Source of the DNA: Octopus vulgaris
Taxonomy: Eukaryota
NCBI GenBank assembly: GCA_951406725.2
Contig: OX597825.1
Span: 26,102,001-26,166,000 of the forward strand
Reading direction: 5' to 3'
Length of the DNA: 64,000 nucleotides
The position numbers and the translations under genes are program-made. Below the pieces are notes generated by a model. That model was not told the DNA's origin. It worked only from the letters and a program-made list of their open reading frames with translations, and searched no databases. This document shows, piece by piece, positions 54,241 through 64,000 of this stretch (the first letter of the stretch is position 1; every line of letters begins with the position of its first letter).

Positions 54241-56030
54241 CACACAGACAGACCCACAGAGGCAGACACGCAGAGACAGACACACAGAGACAGACACACA
54301 GAGACAGACACACAGAGACAGACACACAGAGACACACACAGTGACACACACTCAATCACAGAGAACCCCGAATACTGTATTGTAACATTAACATTAAGTT
54401 GGGTATACAGATTGCCTTTTGATACTTATACCGCTTCGTCGCTGATAATTTATTCTTATGTGTGTATAAATCTTTTCGGGAAGAGTGCAAGGATAAAATA
54501 AATGTGTTTCTATACTAAGAATTTTGTTTATTTGATCTGTTTTCTATAGTTTCGCAACAGGCTGTAACTAGTTTTCATAAACTGTAATTGGTTTCTTTTT
54601 GTATGTAATGAATAAATTTTTATCGCTGTTCGGCAAAATAACTTGATCTCACCACCCGAGATGAGAACCGACGGAAACGTTCGACTTCAACCTGGCACAC
54701 CGGTAATACTTATATCGTAAACATTGTAACTCTTTCTAAACCGATGAAGGGAGAAAGGGAAATGATAAAAGCGAGAGACATCTCAATAAGGTAAATATGT
54801 TATTCTTTTTATAATTCTTTTGCCAAGAAAACTCTGCCTTACTCATTCATAAATATCTGAACTAAAAGCACATATTATATTAGGTCCGACGTATTTGTAT
54901 TTAGTTACAATAAGTTTTGGAGATCAATATACAATTTCTTCCTTATAAATGGAGATATTTTGCAAACAATACACACAACTATAAGAGTTTATATAAATGA
55001 CAGAAAGGAAAATAAATAGTAGGAACACCTACTTAAGGAAATGCAGCGATTAAGTAAATATTTTCGTTTAGGTTGAAGCTGTTTGTGAAGGCCATTCGGA
55101 ATTGCGAAAGAAGAAAGTAAGAAGCAAAATGATATAAAATATATCAACTTCATAATGGATATAAGTAGATGTGTATTTATTACGTGCATTCACGATAAAA
55201 TCTGATGGTTGTAAGGCATAGGAACATATATAATACTTTGAAAAGCAAATAAAAAATATGCTATACAAAACATTATGTTCTATAAAATGGTGATTTAAAA
55301 TGATAGCCTAGTGATTTCTATACAACTGATAGATGACCTGATGTTCAGAAAAGAAAGAAAACGCGTAGCTTATGATTCCTTCATATTGATGACAATATCA
55401 CGTTGTAGTAATGAAATGCAACTATTCCAATATGATGCCTCCATCTTGACGTACATTATGGGCATAGTTGAGGTTATCAAATCAAAACGTTTGTACAATT
55501 TCCCTAATGTTTAAAAAATTTGACCTAAACCCTCAGACAGCAACTGTACACAACTAAAGTGAATGTCATACCGAAAAACAGAGTGTCACAAACATAAACA
55601 TTGGTTATTGGTATTTTGAAAATCAAAAAGCTATCTTTTGTATCCTCGGGCGGTTGTCTGATTCCTGAGGCGAGCTTCCAGAGTCAAGTTCAATCAATTA
55701 ATCAAACACCTCCCTCACACACATATATACACAGTAAGACAAACACAAACTAAATTTGTCGTGCCAGTCTCCGTGCGTATGTGAGGTTTGTTTGTGTATG
55801 TGTGTGTTTGTGTGTTTGTGTGTGTATGTATCATACACATGTTGAATTTGTGAACGCTCATATATTTACATGTGCATAGTGTCATTCACACGCACACCCA
55901 TCCACAGTGGCATATGCATACATATATACATACGGACATATATACACACACATATGTATATATTCATTTACATGTGAGCGTTTGCGTGTATGTATGTGAA
56001 TATATCTATATACATTTATGCAGGTATATA

Positions 56031-56077
<47 letters not shown>

Positions 56078-57158
56078 AGTGTGTGTATGTGCGTGTGTAT
56101 ATATATATATATAGGTGTATGTATGTGTGCGTGTGTATGTGTATGCGTGTATATATACGCTCGCACATATACATGACTTTATGTAAAAGTATTTATTTTT
56201 TTGCAAAACATCACGTATTTGTAATCAAATCAGAATTTTACATTCTGTAGTCTCACTAAATCTACTCTCGTCAATTCCCGGTATGTTGTTTGTTATCATC
56301 TAACGTTTATCATTTACACGTAAATATAATTAAACATTCCAGTTTTCAATGTATTATAAAGCAATATAAATACGGATGTAAAAGCAAAATGGTCGAATAT
56401 GAGAAATATATATTATAAATCACAATTATCTGTTGTTGAGTGGAAAAGTGGTTTCCACGAAAGCTTGAATAATACGTCGTGACAGATAAAAACACACAAA
56501 TACCATGATATGTATTCAGAATGCATCCTTCTACTCTGCTAGGATGCTATTTGTACTTCTGTCTGTACTTAATGGACTGGTGTATGATGTTTAAACTGAG
56601 TTGTGGCTATAAAATTTAGAGTTCTTTTTATTTTTTATAATATGTATCAGGTTATTCGTACAAAATTATATAACACTGAATGATCTGCTTGCAGACGGGA
56701 GAACGAATTGCGTTATTAATTGTTGGTAGATCATCGCTTTCTCTGTAATACCAATGAGAGACACTGGTTGAATGTTGGGATATGATATAACATCTGAACA
56801 TCATTAACTACGAGTAACTGACATTAAACATGAAGACTCAAGGCTTCTAGATGTATGACTATTCAAGAATACGAGCACTATTCTAGAAGGTATGAGTGGC
56901 AGCTCTTCAGGAGAGGCATTGGATTATTGTAATTTCAGTATATTATTACTATACATCTACTAAAGTGACGTACCAACTTTCATCATTCCAGATTGAAGGA
57001 AACATCTGCAACAGAAGTCTGAAGCTACTCTGCTAAACACAGCTTGTCAAAGTTGACGTGTTTCCAGAATGCAGTCGGAAAGAGAAAACAATTTGAATGC
57101 TCCCCATGCAATAATCTTTTGTGTTACCCCGAGCAAAACTGTTAAAGAAACTAATGAA

Positions 57159-57271
57159 AGTTCAGTCCCACTGCGTGGCACCTCTGGTAAGTGTCTTCTA
57201 CTATAGCCTCGGGCCGACCAAAGCCTTGTGAGTGGATTTGGTAGACGGAAAGTGAAAGAAGCCTGTCGTAT

Positions 57272-57307
<36 letters not shown>

Positions 57308-57548
57308 GTATGTGTGTGTATATGTTTGTGTGTCTGTGTTTGTACCCCCACCATCGCTTGACAACCGATGCTGGTGTGTTTCCGTCCCCGTATCTTAGCT
57401 GTTCAGCAAAAGAGACCGACACAATAAGTACTATGCTTACAAAGAATAAATCCTGGGGTCGATTTGATTCGACTAAAGGCGGTGCTCCAGCAAGGCCACA
57501 GTGATATGACTGAAACAAGTAAAAGAGTAAAAGAGTAAAAGAGAGTAA
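57159..57548 (+). mobile_element. SINE family A, slightly 5'-truncated
   Basis: Starts at AGTTCAGTCCCACTGCGTGGCA and ends AAGTAAAAGAGTAAAAGAGTAAAA. Confidence 0.9.
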
Positions 57549-57559
57549 ATACCCCAAGA

Positions 57560-58300
57560 CTCCTTGTGGATTAACTTGTGTGGCAAGTGCCTCTGTTTCA
57601 CGAGAGTACAAGAGGTTTAAGGAAGGTAGCTGCTTATGAAAATTCAAAATTTTCTGGCTGGAGACCACCATGTATCTTGAAAGACAAGAACCATTTGCAT
57701 TTGGTGAGGCAACTGTACACAGCTTTATTCATGAAGATCTGAACATGCGGAAAACTTGTACCCCATGTGCTCAGTGACGTAGACAAAGAAAGCGACAGTT
57801 GGGAGCGTAGCTGTCAGTTGGGAGACATTTGAGATCGTTCCTTTCCATTTGAGAGTGCTTGTGTCACTGATGAGTAAAGCTAGATCTCCTGTTATGATCC
57901 AAACATCAAGAGACAGTGTGCCCATTAGAAGCATTCTGGCACCTCCAGGTGCTAGAACGCAGGGCCAACCAGGAAACTCATGATGGTCTTTTTTCTACAG
58001 CAAAAACATCATCTAACTCTACTTGGTTTCTTACGGTCAACAAAGAATACATTGTGGAGATTTTGATGGAGTTCAGATAGAGATTTAGTCGCAAAACGTC
58101 AGTGATCATCCATTCGGATCGATCGGTGATACCTGCACCAGGACATTGAACCACTCCAAAATTCTATGAACCTAACCAATTACTTGACAGGAATATGCAT
58201 GAAGGCTGTACCTCATCCTCCCTTCATTATAGATCTTGGTCACTGTAATTTTTAGTTGTTTTTTCCAAGCTTTAGGAGAATATCAACTGTAGTTGCATTT
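57560..58300 (+). pseudogene. Mariner-type transposase relic
   Basis: Fragments KRFKEG, GEATVHSFIHEDLNMRK, ISCYDPNIKRQ, YLHQD and AVPHPPFIIDLGHCNF*LF (compare HPPYSPDLAPCDFWLF); many stops. Confidence 0.75.
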
Positions 58301-58858
58301 TGAAGAAAATTTGGAATTAATAAATCGTCTTTCCTGAAAATGTCTTGAATGAACCTTAAATATCTGCAGTTGACGTAAACGTAATAGTTAAGTGCAATTA
58401 TTAGAGCACTTGAACGTGTATTTGTATATGAGTCCGTCTAAGATTTGATTCTACTTATAGACATTTGAGAATTTTTATTTTACCATATTATTGGCTCAAC
58501 CAATACTTTATAAGGAAAGCTATGTTGATAGACACTATAGCATTTCCTATTTCAAGCTCTACACGCAACTGATGTTATCCAAGTGAAAGGCAAAGGCGAC
58601 ACAACATGACACCAGTGACACGGCAAGTCATTTCGACAGCTGAGTGAACTCCAGCAACGTGAAATAACAGACGGGGAATAATTTCACGTCTTATTCTACT
58701 GCACCATCATCAATGGCTATATATATATATATATATTCGTTCACAAACACAGACACGCACACACACTCACATACACCTGTGTATATTTTGAATATATAAT
58801 TACAAACACACATACACACAGACACGCACACATACACACACACACACAAACACACACA

Positions 58859-58918
<60 letters not shown>

Positions 58919-58999
58919 CCTACACGTACACATATATGTAACATGCATAAGTGCAGGTGTATCCGTGTGTCTCAGTTTCTGTGTATTTCTGAGTGTAAA

Positions 59000-59302
59000 A
59001 TGGTTCCGAATGACTATGGGATTGCACCTAGAAAGTTCCGCTCCAAGGCACAAGTCTCAACAAGGTTGTTTTGCGGAAGGATAGCAGTCACCCATGCATA
59101 CCAGTCTCCTCTCTCCACGCAACCAATGTTATCCAAATGAAAGGCAAAGACCGGCACAACTTGACACCGGTGCAGTTGAGTGAACTGCAGCAACGTGAAA
59201 TAAAGTGTCTTACTCTAGAACATAAGAAAGAGCCTGGTCAGGGAATCGAACTCACAACTTCACGATTGTAATCCGAACGCTCTAACTATTGAGCCATTGG
59301 CT
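59000..59302 (-). mobile_element. tRNA-derived SINE family E; partial copy at ~58545-58670
   Basis: Minus strand AATGGCTCAATAGTTAGAGCG..GAGTTCGATTCCC head, then TAAGACACTTTATTTCACGTTGCT shared with family D. Confidence 0.75.
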
Positions 59303-59608
59303 TTCCCATATTTCTCAGTGTTTAGTTACCCAAAGTAATTGAATTCCATAATCGATTTTGAAGCGAAACTATTAATAGGATTTCTAACGTCATCAATAAT
59401 ATTTTCTACCGTATGAAACGAATAACATGAAATCTAATATATAGAATGAAATTATGCAATAGTTAAATTTTGACAAGTTACTATAATAGGTTTATTGGTT
59501 TATTAGAGATTTAATAGGAATATTGTATTAAATGCTGCAAATCATATCTAAGTTTAACATCATTAAGTACACACGCGTGCAGAAATATATATACACAAAT
59601 ACACGCAC

Positions 59609-59647
<39 letters not shown>

Positions 59648-59648
59648 A

Positions 59649-59726
<78 letters not shown>

Positions 59727-59732
59727 TATGTA

Positions 59733-59859
<127 letters not shown>

Positions 59860-60365
59860 CACGGTTGTTTGTGTTGGAAGGCTCGCGGTATATAAATTTG
59901 GTTATTTGATTCTCGATTCTCAAACCTAAGGTGGTAGTTGCGATTCACGGGTTGCTGAATATTTTGTGGTTTGAATCAAAATACTGTCTGTTGTTGCTCT
60001 GCGATCACTTCGACACCTGATATACCTGATATACCGTGATATACCGTGCACCTATTTAGACAACACTGATTTGATTGAGAGAGTGAGCGAATAGTGGGAG
60101 TGCAGTGTAATGGGGACAGGAAACAAGTACTTCATTCAACGAGATGGAATTATCATTCATCAAATGAAGGGTTATTGGGAAACTATCAAGTTTCATGTTC
60201 AGAGAGTGCAGTAAAGGGACGTGGGAATGTAGCGTACCCTAAAAGATCTGGCATTCGGCCGGGCTAAAATAACGCGGCAACTCCATGCGGAAGCTCTAGG
60301 TACAATGACATGAAAACAACACAAAAATGGGAAAATTGATAAGAGAGGTTGTCATGATACGGGAG

Positions 60366-60465
60366 NNNNNNNNNNNNNNNNNNNNNNNNNNNNNNNNNNN
60401 NNNNNNNNNNNNNNNNNNNNNNNNNNNNNNNNNNNNNNNNNNNNNNNNNNNNNNNNNNNNNNNNN
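60366..60465. other. Assembly gap (100 N)
   Basis: Run of N; the round length suggests a scaffolding join of unknown true size. Confidence 0.99.
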
Positions 60466-61140
60466 ACCAACGTATCATACTTTTCTCTACATTAAGAAAT
60501 AGAATGTTGCATTCACTTCGTAGATAATGTGTTACTGAAAACACACATGTCTCCTTATTCATGAAATTAAAATGCCTTAAGTATTACACAGAGTATGTAA
60601 CTGCTGTTTCGTACAACTATTGAAAGCATTTCCTTTGTTTCTCTTTATTAAAAAATGTGACAGATATTAATAACACGAAAAAAATTAATTCTGATGAACT
60701 GCCGAATGTATATACTTGTATATATGTGTTGTTTTGTTTGTGTTATGTTATTATCTCAGCTTGCCATAGAATTAAATGAAGGGCGTAGAGTGTCATGGCA
60801 AAGCATACTAAAATTCGAAGTTGACCATTTACGAACATTGGCATAGAACAGGTAGCCGTCGTAAAACCGCATCCCAATCGCGGTGAGATACATAGCGGTT
60901 TCGTTCCTCTTATTTTCGGTACCATATTTTTAACTGTGGTTTCATTACATTGGCAGAAGGTGCTGTTCATGATCGGTGATATTATATTTTCTTTCCAGAT
61001 ATGATCGAAATTTTAATGCCCATTAAAATTGATGAATCCGATATCATGTAATTAACGTAATTCAATTTTCTTGATTAAATAAACATAAAATAAATTATTA
61101 CTAAAATATAGACAAATTAAACTAAAAGCATTAGGGATAC

Positions 61141-61211
<71 letters not shown>

Positions 61212-61402
61212 AGTGTGCGTCTGTGTGTATGTGTGTGCATGTATCTGTGTATCTGTGTGTGCGTGCGTATGTGTGTGTATGTGTGCGTGCGTGTGAGTAC
61301 CCCTAGTCTATTTACTTTAATTCGTCTGTTTGTTACAATTTTCTTAATGTATATCTAATCGAGAAAACTGAATTCCCTGTCCTCTTCTCTCCCTGCCCTC
61401 TA

Positions 61403-61435
<33 letters not shown>

Positions 61436-61579
61436 ATATATATATAGATATGTGCGTGTGTGTGTGAGTTTGTGTGCGTGCGTGTATATGCATGTGTATA
61501 TACATGTATGCGTGTATGTATGCATGTATAAAGAAACATATTTCCCCGCATGTGTATTAATATACCTGCATACACACAC

Positions 61580-61629
<50 letters not shown>

Positions 61630-61664
61630 ATATATATATATATATATATATATGTGCGCGTGTA

Positions 61665-61700
<36 letters not shown>

Positions 61701-61960
61701 CATATTACAAACTATTGCTATATATTTGATTAGTTTTTCTATCACTGTCAACCATTAAATATACGTTACCGTCTCACAAATTAGGACATTAGTCCAAGCG
61801 TGATATTGCTTTGCTGGTGGTCTGTTAGTTAATAGCATTCTCCCGCATGGTTATATTTCCATTTATAAATATATGCTTCCTATACAAAATCCTTGTAGAC
61901 TCCTTGTTTGAAGAGATCAAGGTACATCATGGATTACGTCTGTCACTAAAGAAATACCTA

Positions 61961-62190
61961 TTTCTTTATTACCCACAAGGGGCTAAACACAGAGGGGACA
62001 AACAAGGACAGACATAGGTATTAAGTCGATTACATCGACCCAGTGCGTAACTGGTACTTAGTTTATCGACCCCGAAAGGATAAAAGGCAAAGTTGACCTC
62101 GGCGGAATTTGAACTCGCAACGTAACGGCAGACGAAATACCGCTGAGCATTTCGCCTGGCGCACTAACGTTTCTGCCAGCTCGCCGCCTT
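61961..62190 (-). mobile_element. SINE family B, intact, with 16-bp TSD
   Basis: ACTAAAGAAATACCTA at 61945-61960 and 62191-62206; near-identical to 33868-34100. Confidence 0.94.
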
Positions 62191-63131
62191 ACTAAAGAAA
62201 TACCTAGTAGAAGTCACATGTCTCTTACAGCACAATCACAATTTTGTAAGGGGACTTACTAGGTTTTTAGCTTACATTCGCTAGTGGTGGTCAATACTGG
62301 TTGGTGAGGCATAGAATACTTTTAAATTGTGTTCAACAATCTTAGACTTATATTCGTGGGACATATGTATATTAGTTTACGGTAATTTATCCTTGGGGTA
62401 TTTGAAGTTACTTTGAAATATACTAAACTAAGGGAAGGCGGTAAACTTGCAATGCATTACATATTTGTTTCTTTCTAAATAGTTGCTCTAGCGTATGTGA
62501 GGCATCCATGTATTTTGTATTGTATTCCAGGACAGTGGGATGGATGGAGGTGCAGTTCGCTTTGGACAGTGTATAAATTGACTTCCACAGGAATGCCATG
62601 CCCAGAAAGATTATTATTTCGGCGACGTTCTACGAAGAGTCACTTAATGTGGTGTTTAGCTTTTGTTTCGTGAGTGACTAATAACGTGAGTAGAGAGTGA
62701 AGAAGGGAACAGCGATTCACAAACGAATGAGTTGATGGCATATGTATAGTCTGTATCATATCGAAGAGTGATGTCCTTTCTAGGGACGATAGAACAAGTA
62801 GAGAGAGAGAGATAGAGAGAGAGAGAGATGGGGGATGAGAAAATAACTTAGAGATAAAAGAGAAAGAAACAATGAAAATAAAACTATTTGTTTCTTGGCC
62901 GTTTACAGGATAAGAAACAACGGAATCGGGTTTTCTGATTGTTGGATGCAAAACATATCTTCTTGAATTTCAGATGATGATGACAATGTTGTTTTTTTCC
63001 AAAAGTTTGCTAATAATTAATGGCAATGTCATCAGTATTTTTTTCTATTAATAACAACGTCACAAATTATTTTGTGGTATATTCAATTATATACATACAT
63101 ATATGTGGGTGGGTGTATACATACATAATAC

Positions 63132-63171
<40 letters not shown>

Positions 63172-63536
63172 AAAATAGGAGAAAGTAGAAAATGCTAAAA
63201 TAATATTATCATAAAGATTAAATTTTATCGTAAAAATTTTATGAAATGTTTTTTAACAATATTTCCATAGTTTTCAGATATGTGGGACATTTCCCTTTTT
63301 TCTGTCTCTGTCTCTCTCTCTTTAACTTTTGTGAAGACTCGGTTGGTAGGTAGTAACATATCTGAAGAAATATTTAATATGAGGGATGTATGTACTGGAT
63401 TTTGCTAGTTTAAGCAGCAGTAGCCGAGGAAGGAGACGCCGAAGAAGAAGAAGAAGGAGAAGAAGAAGGGGAAGAAAAAGAAAAGCAGGGAGTATGAACA
63501 GAAGAGAAAGAAGAAAATGACGTGAGTGGCATGACA

Positions 63537-63860
63537 GATGAAATCTTCGCTTCTGAATTTTGCAAACCATCTTCTGCGAGTTATTTCATTCAAGAATTCT
63601 TTCCCATAAACGGCTGCAGAGTTTCCTTTTTTATACTCATAAAGCATTATTTGCCTCAAATGCTCTTTGGATACTTCCGTGTTAGAAAAAGTTTTAATCA
63701 AAGAAATTTTAATTCTATTATTCTGTAAATTAATATTTAATTAGTTTAAATGCAAACATAAAAATATTTTTTAATTCCATTAGACATTCTAAAATACTAC
63801 TAAATTTCATTCAATTTTAAAAACGGTAAAATCGGACAGAACTTATGGGATGAACTGACA
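63537..63860 (-). mobile_element. Mariner element 5' end: TIR and transposase N-terminus
   Basis: TIR-like TCAGTTCATCCCATAAGTTCTGTCCG next to TA repeats. Translation VSKEHLRQIMLYEYKKGNSAA..VYGKEFLNEITRRRWFAKFRSEDF. Confidence 0.8.
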
Positions 63861-63861
63861 C

Positions 63862-63926
<65 letters not shown>

Positions 63927-64000
63927 CCTATATATATATATACATATATATACATATACATATATATACATATATATATATACATACATATATATATATA

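Noticed and set aside
60264-60562. ORFs spanning poly-X
   Set aside because: Artefacts of the 100-N gap; contiguity across the gap is unknown.

Overview
AT-rich, microsatellite-dense animal DNA, most likely intergenic or intronic sequence from an octopus. The organism is inferred from SINE families I recognise, not from a search. I find no host protein-coding exon, and almost all ORFs in the track are translations of microsatellites or SINEs. The window is a mosaic of transposon relics: several tRNA-derived SINE families, three R4/Dong-clade non-LTR retrotransposon families (RT, CCHC zinc finger, restriction-like endonuclease), Penelope-like element pieces with hammerhead ribozyme motifs, Helitrons, Tc1/mariner relics and MITEs, plus a 100-N gap. 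The most interesting signal is three (TAA)n 'landing pad' clusters (about 4.6-6.0, 32.6-33.6 and 44.3-47.3 kb). In these, Dong-like LINEs and a non-coding ~550-bp element stack co-oriented, and all share a covarying TACC..SAC..GGTA-GTS 3' motif, suggesting an autonomous/non-autonomous microsatellite-targeting system. There is also a well-formed type I hammerhead ribozyme at about 20.95-21.01 kb.
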